A stretch of DNA of 64,000 bases from a phage. This document shows positions 19,304 through 31,600 of the stretch, in pieces. Within the stretch, counting starts at the first letter, position 1; each line of letters begins with the position of its first letter. Made by a program: the position numbers and the translations under genes. The DNA lies in the sequence record PQ478073.1. One strand, written 5' to 3'. The notes under the pieces are model-generated. The model ran no database searches, was not told the origin of the DNA, and was given only the letters and a program-made list of their open reading frames with translations.

Positions 19304-21592
19304 ATGAATCTTACTCAATTGTTCAAAAAAAGCGACGAACTGGCAACATCTCTAGGTCATACATTCTTGACTATTGACCACGTAAGTGCCACAGTACTGA
19401 CTATTGATAGCATCAAGAACGTATTTGAAGATATGAACATTGATGCAGACAAACTGCACAACCGCCTGATGAACTATCTTAAAAATACAACAGTTCCACA
19501 TGCACCAAAAAGTGTTAAAGATGAAGACGCGAATCGCACTTCACTTCTAGTGAATCGCGTTGTACATGAGCTTTCTAAAAAATCAGTTATTGAACAACTA
19601 AAAAGTGATGATTTTTCGATTGATGCATATTTTGTTCTATTCGAATGTCTGTCTTTCCCTAACACAGCACTAGAAGCTGCGTTGAAAGAAGAAGGTGTTA
19701 GCTGTACTGAAGCTGCACGTGCATTGCAAAAACACGTTGAGTCACTTGATAAGGGTATCAACTTACAAAGTATTAATGACGAACCGATTGGAGATAAAAA
19801 AGTGGCCCAACAGCAGCAATCATCTAAACAAAAAGGTTTGGAAGACTATACAACGAATCTAACAGCTCTTGCAAAAGAAGGCAAACTAGATCCTATGATT
19901 GGTCGCCAGAAAGAATTGTCTGCATTGATTGAGACTCTTGCTCGCAAAACCAAAAAGAATGCTATTCTTACTGGTGAAGCTGGTGTAGGTAAAACACAAA
20001 TCATCGACGGTCTTGCACAAGCTATTGCTGACGGCAACGTACCTGAACACCTGAAAGACGTTGAAATTCTTTCACTAAATGTTGGTGCATTGACTGCTGG
20101 TACTAAGTATCGTGGTGAGTTTGAAGAACGCATCGACAATTTGCTAAAAGAACTAAAGAAACGTGAAAATACTATTGTTTTCATTGATGAAATTCATATT
20201 ATGGTTGGGGCTGGTTCCGCAAGTAATGGTTCTATGGACATGAGCAATATGCTTAAGCCAGCACTTTCACGTGGTGAGATTCGTGTAATTGGTGCAACAA
20301 CATATGATGAATATCGTAAAAATATCGAGAAAGATAGTGCATTAACTCGTCGTTTTATGAAAATTGATGTAGTTGAGCCGTCAATTGATGAAACTCGTGC
20401 AATTGTTAATGGTTTGAAACCAACTTATGAAAAATTCCATAATGTTGAGTTCACAACTGATGCAATGGATGCTGTAATTTCTCTCAGTGATAAATTCCTG
20501 AAGAATAAGCACTTCCCAGATAAAGCAATTGATCTAATGGACGCTGCTGCTGCAAAAGTTCGTTCACGTGACAACAATAGTAAGCTTATTACTGCCAATT
20601 TGATTCAAGAAGTTGTTGCTGGTATTGCCAATTTGGATATCAACGTGGTTGCATGTACTGAAAGTGATCGTATGCGTAATCTACCAGATGCACTACGCTC
20701 ACGTGTATACGGTCAAGAGGAAGCTATTCAAAAATTAGTTGATAACGTGATGGTAGCTCGTGCAGGTCTGCGTGACAAATCTAGTGTTCAGGGTGCATTT
20801 ATGTTTGTTGGACCATCTGGTACTGGTAAAACAGAAATTACCAAAGCATTAGCAGATGCAACTGGTGCGGAACTGATTCGCTTTGATATGTCAGAATTTT
20901 CTCAAGAACATACTGTTTCTAAACTAATTGGTTCACCTCCAGGTTATGTTGGTCATGATTCTGGTAACGGTTTACTGTTGGATAAAATTGAGCAGTTCCC
21001 TAATGCAGTACTGTTACTTGATGAAATTGAAAAAGCAGATCGTAAAGTACTACTAACCTTCCTACAGGTTTTGGATGAAGGTCGCCTGACTGGTTCACAA
21101 GGTAAAACTGTATATTTTAATAACGTAACTGTTATTATGACTACAAACCTTGGTGCGGCAGATTCAACGAAGCGTAGCATTGGTATGAGCGGTAGTGATA
21201 CTGCACAAGACAAGGCTATTAAAGCATTCTTGCCACCAGAGTTCATTAACCGTATTGATAGTATCGTTACGTTTAAAGACCTAAGCAGTGAAGCTATTGA
21301 CAGCATCATTGATAAGTTCATGGGCAGTTTGAATGAACAAGTCAAAGACCGCAATGTTAAAGTTACGTTGACAAAAGCTGCACGTGAATGGCTTGCGAAA
21401 AATGGGGTAAAAGTTGGCATGGGTGCACGTCCAATGAAACGTACCATTGAACAAAACATTCGTGTACCACTAGCTAAAGAAATGTTGTGTGGTTCACTTG
21501 TGAATGGTGGTAACATTACATTTGATGTTATTGATGGTAAAATCGGTATTAAACCTAAACGTTCCAAAGCTGTAGATAAAGCACTGGCATAA
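19304..21592 (+). CDS. ClpA-like two-ring AAA+ unfoldase (762 aa from ATG 19304)
   Basis: Double Clp-N-like N-terminal region; D1 Walker [10 protein letters not shown]; D2 Walker [10 protein letters not shown] and Walker [10 protein letters not shown]; no long ClpB-type middle coiled coil; IGM tripeptide at 21179-21187 where ClpA carries its ClpP-docking IGL loop. Track start 19283 is GTG; ATG 19304 has an AGGAG SD. Confidence 0.85.
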   Translation: MNLTQLFKKSDELATSLGHTFLTIDHVSATVLTIDSIKNVFEDMNIDADKLHNRLMNYLKNTTVPHAPKSVKDEDANRTSLLVNRVVHELSKKSVIEQLKSDDFSIDAYFVLFECLSFPNTALEAALKEEGVSCTEAARALQKHVESLDKGINLQSINDEPIGDKKVAQQQQSSKQKGLEDYTTNLTALAKEGKLDPMIGRQKELSALIETLARKTKKNAILTGEAGVGKTQIIDGLAQAIADGNVPEHLKDVEILSLNVGALTAGTKYRGEFEERIDNLLKELKKRENTIVFIDEIHIMVGAGSASNGSMDMSNMLKPALSRGEIRVIGATTYDEYRKNIEKDSALTRRFMKIDVVEPSIDETRAIVNGLKPTYEKFHNVEFTTDAMDAVISLSDKFLKNKHFPDKAIDLMDAAAAKVRSRDNNSKLITANLIQEVVAGIANLDINVVACTESDRMRNLPDALRSRVYGQEEAIQKLVDNVMVARAGLRDKSSVQGAFMFVGPSGTGKTEITKALADATGAELIRFDMSEFSQEHTVSKLIGSPPGYVGHDSGNGLLLDKIEQFPNAVLLLDEIEKADRKVLLTFLQVLDEGRLTGSQGKTVYFNNVTVIMTTNLGAADSTKRSIGMSGSDTAQDKAIKAFLPPEFINRIDSIVTFKDLSSEAIDSIIDKFMGSLNEQVKDRNVKVTLTKAAREWLAKNGVKVGMGARPMKRTIEQNIRVPLAKEMLCGSLVNGGNITFDVIDGKIGIKPKRSKAVDKALA

Positions 21593-21602
21593 AAAAAGAA
21601 AA

Positions 21603-21627
21603 GGAGAGCAACATGCTCTCCTTTTTT
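21603..21627. terminator. bidirectional intrinsic terminator
   Basis: GGAGAGC-aacat-GCTCTCC hairpin flanked by an A-run (21591-21602) and a T6 run (21622-21627); between convergent genes. Confidence 0.8.
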
Positions 21628-21628
21628 A

Positions 21629-24600
21629 TTATTTAACTAATAATATATTTTTAATATCATTACCACTAACTTGTAGACTATCAGTGTATACTGAAAGATC
21701 TATAGTGTAACTATTTTGTGTGTAACGTTTTAACATATCATAATTACCTAAATTAATTCCATTGAATGAATATGTAGTATTAAGTTTAAAATCATGTTCT
21801 GCACTATACATTACTCCACGGAGTAAATTATTTGCATTTCTAACTTCAACTTTTTCATATCCAATCGATATAATATCATTTATGTTCGCGGCAGAACCGG
21901 ATAAAACATTATTTCTAATACTATAAGGACTTATTGATTTAGGTTGAGAAACATAGGTTGTATTTTCTTCACTAATGGTTGTGATGTTAGTAACCGTACC
22001 ACCAACAACACCGATGTACATACCGTCAACCATTGGATAACCATAAACCCATATACCTTCATTATTTCTAAACGGTTGAATAACACTTGAATCATATTCA
22101 ATAACGTTGATTTCTAAACTATCAGTCATTTTAGTTCTTGCTAATTCACTAAGAACTCCCGCACCAGTAATTGGTAGGTTATAACCGTTGTCGATAGTAA
22201 TTCCATCAACATCAAATATTTCGTTAGAGATTATCCAAACGTCAACGTCATCTGGTGTTATTCCGTCATTGTACTTACCACCATTTAAAGTAGTATCGTA
22301 GAAAACATCATAATTAATTACATCAATTGTGTAATTTCTATTTTGTTCGTACAATTTGATACCATTCTTCACAAATTCTGGGTCAGCAAATGTTCTAACA
22401 CGAACAATGTTCAATGCAAGAGGCTGTACTGGCTCATTTTGTTGTGCAAGAGTGATATTATCATAACGGAGAACTGCACCAGTACTCTCATCAATCAATT
22501 CAATCGTTTCTTTACCTGTATTTCTTACAGTGAATAGGATCGGAGTTGTATTGTTTTTGATGTTAGATACACGCAAGATTGTTTCCCATGTGTGATTTTG
22601 ATATCTCACAAAATCTTCACCATCAGGAGTGAAAATCATCACCTTATCACCATCAGATAGGTCATTGTCAACTATTTCTGCTTCAGTTAAGCTATTAATA
22701 GATCTCACACGATAGAAATATTTTTCATCAAACTTCGATGTTGTTTTATTAATATCATTTTCAATCTTAGCATATGAAGGAATACTAACAATTGCTTCTG
22801 TATGTTTATATGGATTGATAATTGCCATACCTTCAGTTTGATATCTGCTGTTATCACGTAATTGTACAAGAGATACATTGTCAAACCCATATCCATCAAC
22901 TGTAAATCTAATTTGACCAACATCACGCCCAGAAGGGTTTATGTCAGATATATCCACAATATAAGGATCAACTTCATCATCTTTAACTTCCCATTTTATT
23001 GAAGAAGTTTGAGATTCTAATGCTAGGTTATCAAATGCATTCATATCATTGAAGTACTTAGCTTCAGTAATACTATCAAGTATATATTGATAATCTGAAT
23101 ACATTGGGTTATTTTGATCTAGTGGTAAATCATCTAGATTTATTTCAGCTAGTTCAATCATTTCACCATTTGTGATAAAATAATCTTCCATGAAATCATC
23201 AATACTTTGTTCATCAGGTATACTTTGATATACACCGTTAACATTTAAGTAAACATATTTTCGTGGAATCATTGTAATTGCATAGATATCAATTGGGGTT
23301 TTACTAAGAATCTCTTCAGCTTTTTCGTACTTATCAGTAGCGTCTTTGTCGAATAACCCTCTCATACCTGCTAATACGTGAATAGCATCAGTATAGAAAC
23401 GGGTATCACCACCGACTTCATCATAACGATAAACATATACACCATACTCAACTTCAAGTTTAACTTTTACTTCATAGTCTGATGCGTCAGGATTTTTATC
23501 TTTAATTAATGAAATATATTTTTGATACAGTTCACTGCTTATTTCAAAATATCCATAGTTATAATCATTACTAGAAGAAAAGCCTAATGGAAGTCTAGTA
23601 CTAGGATTGTCATTATAAGTAAGTCCACTAAATCCACAACCAACTTCATCGTGAATTTTCTCATCACTTATATCTTTATAAAGTTTCAAACGGTTTGCCA
23701 ATGTGTTATACTGAACATATTGTCTAAGGTCAGTAAACATATCGTTCTGCGTTGATTCTTTATAAACACGCTCCAATGTAGCAGTAAATTCATCAGTTGC
23801 TTCTAAATCTTCCGCATGGTCTTTATACCACTGGTTAACACCATATGCTGTTCCTAATGTTACATCCAATTCTGGATAGTAGATTTGCATTTGATAAGCA
23901 ATAAGAAGATCGAAAGTTTCTTCACTATATTCTGGGAAAGAATATATATAACGTTGTAATTCATAGTTACTAACAGCATCCTTTTCATTGGATTGATATT
24001 TGTTATTAACACTTACTAATTCATTTATGCTTGCTAAATCTGCATTTGGTTTACATTGAATGTTATCGTAATGCATAATAATATCAATTTCTTGGAATCT
24101 TCTATTTGGTGTAATGAAATCACTTGGTAGTGAACCTACCTGTTCCCATTTTTGGGTAATTTCATTAAATTGAGCGTACTCATAATCCCAAATATCTTTT
24201 TCAGTTTTGACCCAAGAACCGTCAACGAAAATATATCCATTAGGATCTAAATCATTACACAGACCTTTTATTAAATCATCATCAGATGTCTTTTGCTCTA
24301 TTTGTGAACGAATTTTAGTTCTATAAGGTTTAACTTCTTCAAAATATTCAACAATTTGATTAATCAAATTATCGTTTGAATAGTTTTGAACTAATGATTG
24401 TTCCAAACCAACAATATAGATATATGATGTTTTAAATACCCAATCCACAACACTTTGTTCAACATGTACATATTTGACCATATCAAAAACAATTTCGCTT
24501 TGATGTAAATCGAAAGAATTTTTGAGTAAAGCTAGTGCTTTACGAACGTTGATTTCACGATTGCTTAGTGAACCATTATCATTATGAACACTATAATCTG

Positions 24601-27600
24601 CGTAAAGCATATCATTGAGTTCAACTGTACTGTTTTCACGACCAATCGCTTTCCAATAAATTGAATCGCGTGATTGTGATTTAATATACAATGTCCAAAT
24701 GTTTTCACTATCGGTAACTCTGATAATATCTCCAACTTGGTAGTTTTTAGTATTAGCATCTTCTAAGCTTGACTCTTGTGTATAAGTCGTGTTACTATCA
24801 TACCCAACATCATACCAATCAGCATATGACCAGTACTGAGTCATGTCCAATGAAGTTCCTAGTGATTCAACATAATCAGATTGTTTAATCATTTTATGTT
24901 GTCCCTCACCTTTGTTCTCTAACGTTATAGTAACAACACTACCCGCGTTTGCTGGACTATTCATTAACTGAATATATCCATTTTCGTCGAAGTGAATAAA
25001 ATAAACAGCACTAGAAGTTAATGGATTTGGTAGATATCCACTAGTACTTAAAATAACAGCGTCATTTTCTTTAAATTTATCACTTTCAACTGCAATAACT
25101 AATTCATTATTGTAAGACAATACACGGAAAGAAACTTCATTCGGGTTAACTTCAGTGGTTTTAACATTAAACACATCTTCCATAACAACACTATTAGTGG
25201 TTATGTTTTGTGACCTATAATAATTATTAGCACTTTCTACAAAGTTTCTACGAGCTTCTATAACATTTTGGAACCAAGTTTTGTTTGAACCTAAACCGTT
25301 ATCAACATCTGGATATAATAAATTAATCACAGAACCTGATTCAGTTGTTTCTTGACCAATTAGTGAGTTCCACATTGAATCCCAAATTAGTGGGTTAAAG
25401 TTATAGCTGTCACCTTCTTTACATAGTTGATACTGGTCATGTTTAACAACTTCAGTACTATCCATGTAATAAGAAACAGTTAAAATACTGGTATCATCAT
25501 TCACTTTAAATTGCATATTACTAAGAATAAACGAGTTTTCATTGATTGGAGCGAACCAAGGAATGTTTAGCTGTGTTGGATCTTTAATAATACGAGCAAT
25601 GTCAGTACATGATTTTGTTCTGGTATGTAGTGGTGGTACATAAATTGTATCACGTACCCAGAAATAGTATTTTGTCACATAACTATCAGTTGAACTATCA
25701 TATTCCAAAAATGTACTATAATTATCTTCAAGTGCAGTTCCACTTGGTAGATACATAGTATTATTTTTGTTTTTCTTAGCAACATCTTTACAGTATTTGT
25801 CCCAGTTATATGGCTCAACTGGTGAACAAACCCACTCTAACACATCAATTGTACTATGTGGTAATAAACGACCCCAGTTGTAACGTTTGTATTCATTGGT
25901 TGCATCAATGTCAACATTACCGTCTGCGTCATAAATTGCACGAGTATAATCCAAATAAAATGCAGTGCTAGTGTTCCACCATACTTGACCAACTTTATCA
26001 GCACCCCAAGCCTGGATTAACTCTCCATTACTATTATACTGTGCAGGATCAACTGGTGAAGTATATGTTACGTTTTGCATAGCCGCACCTGGAATAACAC
26101 CATTAATTGGGTCATAAACGTTTAGATATAGCTCAGTAATGTTAGTACGTTCATCATATGTCGTTGGACGATCAAATAAAGTACTTTGTGGTGCTTTAAA
26201 ACTATATTTCTTGTCAATGTAAGCTTGACGTTCATCAGTACTGGCAAAACGTGATACATAACGATACAAACGTGGACGTGTATCTGGATCAGTAAATTCA
26301 ATATCAATAGAAGTGTCAAATGGAACTACCATAACTTTAGGATCAGAACCAGCAGTATAATATTGACTTTCTACTGTTAAAGTATCTGGCATAAAGTTAG
26401 TTTCATCAACAAAATAATAATAATCACCATCTTCAAGTGGTACATTATCAGTTAAAGTTACTTTACAAAATTGTTCAGCATACACATCGGTATTTTCAAT
26501 AGGTGTTATAGAAACCATTTGAACATTAGTATCAACCAATTCAAAAATGTTCCACAAACCATTACCGTCTTTAAACATCCACACAGATTCAGGATTTTCA
26601 CCTTTACCATTAGTATAAGTTATGCGGTCATTATATGCAGTACTGAAATCTTTTGTTGTGTACGATACTTCATCCAATGTTACTGGACCAATATCTGGAA
26701 GTTGGATATTTTCACTTCTTCCACTACGCATTGGGAATGAGAACTTACCATTTGGACGTGTAATCCAACGAGGATCTTTACCCTGCTCACCGAAGTATAC
26801 AATATGATTACCATTACCATTTGAAGTTGCATTTACATCAAAAGAAACCATTTGAGGTTGTTGTTTAAATTGGTCATTGATTAGTTTAAATTGAAGGTTT
26901 TTCTTACCATCAATATTACCATATGTACCAATTTTAAATGCCCATTCTTGTAATGCTTTATATTCATCAGTGTCATATGATTTAGAAACACGAAGGACAC
27001 GTTCTAAAACTTGGTTAGTACCTTTATCGTGAATGAATCCTTTATAGAAATCAACACGACTAACATCACTACTAATCATACGCTGTAGATAATCACGAGA
27101 TTGATAACCAATCAAATGGTTTGACAACTCTTGTAATTGTACATCACTTACTGGAGTTTCACTATCATAATAATGTTGGAAATCCGACACTAATTTTTCA
27201 AATGATGGTAGTGTTCCAGCTTCCAAGATAATAAATCCAGGAGCTTGTAGGCGACCAGTCCATGAACCAGTAATATATCCATACATTTTAATTAGTTCTT
27301 GAATAGAACCATATGTTGGCTGATAAATGTAATCACCAAAAATAGTTTTATCATCAAAAATAACAGCATGTTCATATGAACACAAACTTAAACGAATCAA
27401 TGCAATGCGTTTATTAGATTCTAAAGTTCTAACAGTGAAGATATTTCCAATACGAGAAGTTTCAATTTCATATTGGCGAATACCTTGGTTATTATCATCA
27501 AGTAATGACCATACACCACCATTATTTTGCGTAATAGATTGTACTGAACCAAAGTCTGCCCCAAATTTAGCGTTTGCAGCACTTGGGGTACAAGAAATAA

Positions 27601-30600
27601 ATTCACCAGTTACTAGAGAATTCTGACTCCAGATCACGAAATCTTTAGCAATAGTGTTCCAATCTTGTTGAGCACCACTATCATTTACATCTTCAAAAAT
27701 CCAACCATGTTCTTTAAGATATTCACCATATCCACAAATAAAAGTATAAACTTCTTGGTAACTATTGAAAACTTTACCATATTCAATTGAAGCTTCAGAC
27801 TTCCATTCATTATAATGAACAACATTACGGTTTTCCAATTTAAGAGTTACTTTTCTACCATTTTTTACGGGAAGTTTATATTTAAATTTAGCACCAACTA
27901 GATCATATCCATCAATCTGATATGCACTACCATTCCAAGTAATTTTGATCGCACTCATTTGCTCATCACGGATATTATTAGAACGAACAAGACCAATGGT
28001 TTGGTTTTCTTGTGAAATAAGACCGAAAGATTTAGCATTGAATGTTAGCTGATCTGCTTTAGTAAATCCTCCAATTTTATGACCAACATTTATATAAGAA
28101 GAACGAACTACATCCCCATACTTGGTGGTAATATTTTTATTTTGATACATCAAATGGTCACTTACAAACATTTGATAACCAATTGTTCTTGTGCTATTTT
28201 CACCATGAACTACTGTATTTTTATCAAAATTAATACGCTTACGTGTATCACCATAAAGGAATTGTGAACCATCAGTGAATACTTCTTTTAAGTTATCATT
28301 GCGGGTATCCCAGAAATAGTTAGCAAATTGTGCTGGTTTAGCTTTATACAAAAGCATCATTTGGTCATATGCAAACAATGTAGTGTTCATGTATGTAAAT
28401 TCCATGTCACCCATATCACCATATGTCCAAGGTTCTGCTCTATGATTTAAAGATCCAGACACTAAACCTAAAATTTCAGGTGCAATATATTCAACCACAC
28501 AAATATCAATACCAGAAGATGTTTTATTTCCAGTTTTTGTAATTTTGAATGGCTGTACACCAAATCTTTTATATTTGTCATATTGACCACGACGATCACC
28601 AAATAAAATAGTTCCAGTACTGCTATCGCCAATACTTCCGTCAATATCCCAAAGACCACTAGGAACTAAATCACCTTGCTCATTCATAACAAGTGCTTCA
28701 TATACATATACAACATCACTATCACGTTCACCAACTTGAACAGCCGTTGGTTCGTATTCTTGGTTCCACCAAGTTGGACGTTGTGTAAAGCCAAACATTT
28801 CCCACGGATGGGTAGCTGGGCGATATGTACCATATTGGTCAGTGTAAATGGCACGCCATGAACCACGTGCAGGAATTTCAGTACTTTGACCATTAACTAC
28901 ATAATAAGTGCCAGTATAGTTCCAAGTTCTCCAATTGTTAGGATCATAATCATGTGTACTATTACTGATACCATTAGTTGCGGTGAAGTTAATGTATCCA
29001 CGTAGTAATAATGTTTGTTTCTCTTCAGCACTATATTCAGTTTTAGTGAAATATGGTGTAGGGAAAAGGTCATCACTATTCAATACTGGTACGTAATCAA
29101 CATCTTTGAATTTATTATCAATACTATTAAAAATTCTATTTTCTAATTCATATACAACATCATCCATTTTATCAACACCATTGATAACACGGTATGCTTT
29201 GGAAATAATACCAGTATGACTGATGTTATAACAGCTTGGTTTACTACCAGCAGTGAGGAATGTCGCTTTTTCTGGTACATATGCTTGAAGAATACCTAAG
29301 AACTGTGGTGTTGGTGGTATAAATGCACGAATGAATCCAGAAGTACTTCCAACATTATCATAATAGAATGGGAATGAACTATCACGTCCCATATTAATAG
29401 TAGTTAAAATTGCATCAACAATGTTTGCAGCACTATTTTGTAAAAAGTCTGATGGATTTTCATCATACATACGAAGCATTTGTGTATTAAATTTATTAAT
29501 GAATCTAAAATATTCAGATTGCATAAACATAGTTGCTTCAAATAAATCAATATCTTCATTTGCAGTATGTGCCATCAATGGAAGCATAGATGCTTCATTT
29601 TGGATAATTTTAGTACCTACGCCATTATTAACCAATCCTTTAGCCAAACGTTCTTCATAGTCATTGAAATCATCAGAAGAACCACGTGTAATGTTCTTTT
29701 GAATAATATCCTGAAAATGTAAAGTGTAGTCACCTTGGTTAATGTATATAATATTAGAATTATATGGGTTATTTTGTAGGTTGATTGGAACTTCATAAGC
29801 ACCTAATTCTTTATCAGGTGTTACAGTACTGCTATAAGTTCTGATTTGAATAACAGAATCTTCATCCAATTCTACAGTACTATCTAGAGTGATGCTTTGT
29901 ACTTGACCTTTTGAAACATTTTTGGTATATTTGGACACATCAACACCATCAACCACAACTTCAATAATATCAGAATCATTATCTAAAACTTTTTGTGCCA
30001 ATTCGAATGTATGGTCATATTTTACAATCTGAACACCATCACCAGTAATTGGATGCCAATCTAGATAAGTTTCTCGGTCAGCTTTATAGTACTGATATGT
30101 TCTATCAACTTCAATAACATATGCATACATACCATCAACTGGTTCTTTAAAAACTTCCATATCATAAACAGTACTGAATACACGATACATATCAGTACGT
30201 TTGACTTGTGGAGTTTGTTTTACAAATTGTTTAGAGTACTCTTCTGAACGAACCCAATCGGTTTGAAGATTCATTTCATTATTTTCATCAATAATGTTAT
30301 AATAGTATAAACCATCAATTTCAACTTCTTTTCCAAGATGGTCATAGGTATAACGTTGGGATTGTAAAAAGTTTTCATAAATGTAATAATTATAATCACC
30401 AAGTTCAATGTTATATCCATATACACTATCAGTTGCATAGTTGTAATTTATTTTAAAACCAAACAACTCTGAACCTTTAAAGTTACTTGATGGATATGTA
30501 GTACTGTTGTCAAGTTTGATACCATTACGATCATAAAGTTGGAATTTAGGGAATACGTTAACACTAGTTTTTGATTGTGCACGAACCCACAAAGAACCAT

Positions 30601-31600
30601 TCCAGTACATAGAACTATTACCATACTCATTACCTTTAGTGATTAGAACAACATCACCATCTTGAGGTTCACCACTTGGGCGTGATTCGGTTTCTTCTTC
30701 TGGATCTAGTGCTAAACCATAAACACGAGTACCATCTTGCATTTTTTTCACATATACATTATAAATTCTATTGTTTTCACCATTGTTACCAATACTGGTG
30801 AATAGAATACGCATTCCATCTTGCGGAATAATACCATCAATACGTATACCACTATTAATATCTTTTTGAACGATATCTTCAGGTTTAATAATATCAGAGA
30901 ACAGATCAACAGTTCCACGGAATTTTGTACCGTAGTTAATTAGCTCAATATTTTTATTATATTCAATAATTGGTGCACGTGCACGAATAAAACGTGAATC
31001 TTGCATTAATTCTTCAGTTAATATTGAGCCATCTTCTAATGTTTCACCTAAAGTATACCAAAAGTTTTGTAGTGACCATGTATTACCATTAAGTGCTCCG
31101 CGTTCCATTACAATGTAATCAGGTGAAGTAATATTATAAGAGTTTTTAGTATCCCAAAGATATGAGCTAAAATTGTTCATTTTATTTGGGTTAATAGCTG
31201 GAGTCCATGCATAAAACTTACCGTTGAACAAACGGCTTTCATTATCGGTTAGTGCTCCATAATGATTCATGTATCCAACTAGATCATCATAAAATTGAAT
31301 TGAACGAATTGTCGAATCATCATTTTTTGAGACGTAAGCAGTGGACAACTGATAAAGTTGACGTGCTACAGTACTTTCATGTAAGAAGATATTACCAGCA
31401 GCGGCAGGAGAACCCATATCACCAATATAGCCGTCAACTAATTCGTTTTCAGCCGGATTAAACCATTGTTGAATAACATCATCACTGACTTTTTGAATAT
31501 CTTCTAAGCCTTGCATCCACTCAGGCAATCTTTTAATAAAAAGCTTCTTCTGTACTGCTTCAGCCATCTGTGTAGGTTGAAACTTAAAATTATTAGTCAT
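21629..31600 (-). CDS. giant baseplate-associated structural protein (3323 aa from ATG 31600; 3333 aa from ATG 31630)
   Basis: Single uninterrupted ORF of ~10 kb, last gene of the baseplate operon after the gp25-like and gp6-like genes (the gp7 position in T4/P2-type order). ATG 31600 has a GGAG SD; the track ATG at 31630 has none. Confidence 0.6.
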   Translation of the reverse strand: MTNNFKFQPTQMAEAVQKKLFIKRLPEWMQGLEDIQKVSDDVIQQWFNPAENELVDGYIGDMGSPAAAGNIFLHESTVARQLYQLSTAYVSKNDDSTIRSIQFYDDLVGYMNHYGALTDNESRLFNGKFYAWTPAINPNKMNNFSSYLWDTKNSYNITSPDYIVMERGALNGNTWSLQNFWYTLGETLEDGSILTEELMQDSRFIRARAPIIEYNKNIELINYGTKFRGTVDLFSDIIKPEDIVQKDINSGIRIDGIIPQDGMRILFTSIGNNGENNRIYNVYVKKMQDGTRVYGLALDPEEETESRPSGEPQDGDVVLITKGNEYGNSSMYWNGSLWVRAQSKTSVNVFPKFQLYDRNGIKLDNSTTYPSSNFKGSELFGFKINYNYATDSVYGYNIELGDYNYYIYENFLQSQRYTYDHLGKEVEIDGLYYYNIIDENNEMNLQTDWVRSEEYSKQFVKQTPQVKRTDMYRVFSTVYDMEVFKEPVDGMYAYVIEVDRTYQYYKADRETYLDWHPITGDGVQIVKYDHTFELAQKVLDNDSDIIEVVVDGVDVSKYTKNVSKGQVQSITLDSTVELDEDSVIQIRTYSSTVTPDKELGAYEVPINLQNNPYNSNIIYINQGDYTLHFQDIIQKNITRGSSDDFNDYEERLAKGLVNNGVGTKIIQNEASMLPLMAHTANEDIDLFEATMFMQSEYFRFINKFNTQMLRMYDENPSDFLQNSAANIVDAILTTINMGRDSSFPFYYDNVGSTSGFIRAFIPPTPQFLGILQAYVPEKATFLTAGSKPSCYNISHTGIISKAYRVINGVDKMDDVVYELENRIFNSIDNKFKDVDYVPVLNSDDLFPTPYFTKTEYSAEEKQTLLLRGYINFTATNGISNSTHDYDPNNWRTWNYTGTYYVVNGQSTEIPARGSWRAIYTDQYGTYRPATHPWEMFGFTQRPTWWNQEYEPTAVQVGERDSDVVYVYEALVMNEQGDLVPSGLWDIDGSIGDSSTGTILFGDRRGQYDKYKRFGVQPFKITKTGNKTSSGIDICVVEYIAPEILGLVSGSLNHRAEPWTYGDMGDMEFTYMNTTLFAYDQMMLLYKAKPAQFANYFWDTRNDNLKEVFTDGSQFLYGDTRKRINFDKNTVVHGENSTRTIGYQMFVSDHLMYQNKNITTKYGDVVRSSYINVGHKIGGFTKADQLTFNAKSFGLISQENQTIGLVRSNNIRDEQMSAIKITWNGSAYQIDGYDLVGAKFKYKLPVKNGRKVTLKLENRNVVHYNEWKSEASIEYGKVFNSYQEVYTFICGYGEYLKEHGWIFEDVNDSGAQQDWNTIAKDFVIWSQNSLVTGEFISCTPSAANAKFGADFGSVQSITQNNGGVWSLLDDNNQGIRQYEIETSRIGNIFTVRTLESNKRIALIRLSLCSYEHAVIFDDKTIFGDYIYQPTYGSIQELIKMYGYITGSWTGRLQAPGFIILEAGTLPSFEKLVSDFQHYYDSETPVSDVQLQELSNHLIGYQSRDYLQRMISSDVSRVDFYKGFIHDKGTNQVLERVLRVSKSYDTDEYKALQEWAFKIGTYGNIDGKKNLQFKLINDQFKQQPQMVSFDVNATSNGNGNHIVYFGEQGKDPRWITRPNGKFSFPMRSGRSENIQLPDIGPVTLDEVSYTTKDFSTAYNDRITYTNGKGENPESVWMFKDGNGLWNIFELVDTNVQMVSITPIENTDVYAEQFCKVTLTDNVPLEDGDYYYFVDETNFMPDTLTVESQYYTAGSDPKVMVVPFDTSIDIEFTDPDTRPRLYRYVSRFASTDERQAYIDKKYSFKAPQSTLFDRPTTYDERTNITELYLNVYDPINGVIPGAAMQNVTYTSPVDPAQYNSNGELIQAWGADKVGQVWWNTSTAFYLDYTRAIYDADGNVDIDATNEYKRYNWGRLLPHSTIDVLEWVCSPVEPYNWDKYCKDVAKKNKNNTMYLPSGTALEDNYSTFLEYDSSTDSYVTKYYFWVRDTIYVPPLHTRTKSCTDIARIIKDPTQLNIPWFAPINENSFILSNMQFKVNDDTSILTVSYYMDSTEVVKHDQYQLCKEGDSYNFNPLIWDSMWNSLIGQETTESGSVINLLYPDVDNGLGSNKTWFQNVIEARRNFVESANNYYRSQNITTNSVVMEDVFNVKTTEVNPNEVSFRVLSYNNELVIAVESDKFKENDAVILSTSGYLPNPLTSSAVYFIHFDENGYIQLMNSPANAGSVVTITLENKGEGQHKMIKQSDYVESLGTSLDMTQYWSYADWYDVGYDSNTTYTQESSLEDANTKNYQVGDIIRVTDSENIWTLYIKSQSRDSIYWKAIGRENSTVELNDMLYADYSVHNDNGSLSNREINVRKALALLKNSFDLHQSEIVFDMVKYVHVEQSVVDWVFKTSYIYIVGLEQSLVQNYSNDNLINQIVEYFEEVKPYRTKIRSQIEQKTSDDDLIKGLCNDLDPNGYIFVDGSWVKTEKDIWDYEYAQFNEITQKWEQVGSLPSDFITPNRRFQEIDIIMHYDNIQCKPNADLASINELVSVNNKYQSNEKDAVSNYELQRYIYSFPEYSEETFDLLIAYQMQIYYPELDVTLGTAYGVNQWYKDHAEDLEATDEFTATLERVYKESTQNDMFTDLRQYVQYNTLANRLKLYKDISDEKIHDEVGCGFSGLTYNDNPSTRLPLGFSSSNDYNYGYFEISSELYQKYISLIKDKNPDASDYEVKVKLEVEYGVYVYRYDEVGGDTRFYTDAIHVLAGMRGLFDKDATDKYEKAEEILSKTPIDIYAITMIPRKYVYLNVNGVYQSIPDEQSIDDFMEDYFITNGEMIELAEINLDDLPLDQNNPMYSDYQYILDSITEAKYFNDMNAFDNLALESQTSSIKWEVKDDEVDPYIVDISDINPSGRDVGQIRFTVDGYGFDNVSLVQLRDNSRYQTEGMAIINPYKHTEAIVSIPSYAKIENDINKTTSKFDEKYFYRVRSINSLTEAEIVDNDLSDGDKVMIFTPDGEDFVRYQNHTWETILRVSNIKNNTTPILFTVRNTGKETIELIDESTGAVLRYDNITLAQQNEPVQPLALNIVRVRTFADPEFVKNGIKLYEQNRNYTIDVINYDVFYDTTLNGGKYNDGITPDDVDVWIISNEIFDVDGITIDNGYNLPITGAGVLSELARTKMTDSLEINVIEYDSSVIQPFRNNEGIWVYGYPMVDGMYIGVVGGTVTNITTISEENTTYVSQPKSISPYSIRNNVLSGSAANINDIISIGYEKVEVRNANNLLRGVMYSAEHDFKLNTTYSFNGINLGNYDMLKRYTQNSYTIDLSVYTDSLQVSGNDIKNILLVK

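Noticed and set aside
19474-21567. Antisense ORFs of 95-204 aa inside the ClpA-like gene
   Set aside because: The sense strand carries unambiguous Walker A/B and Clp motifs; the antisense ORFs have no SD or motif.
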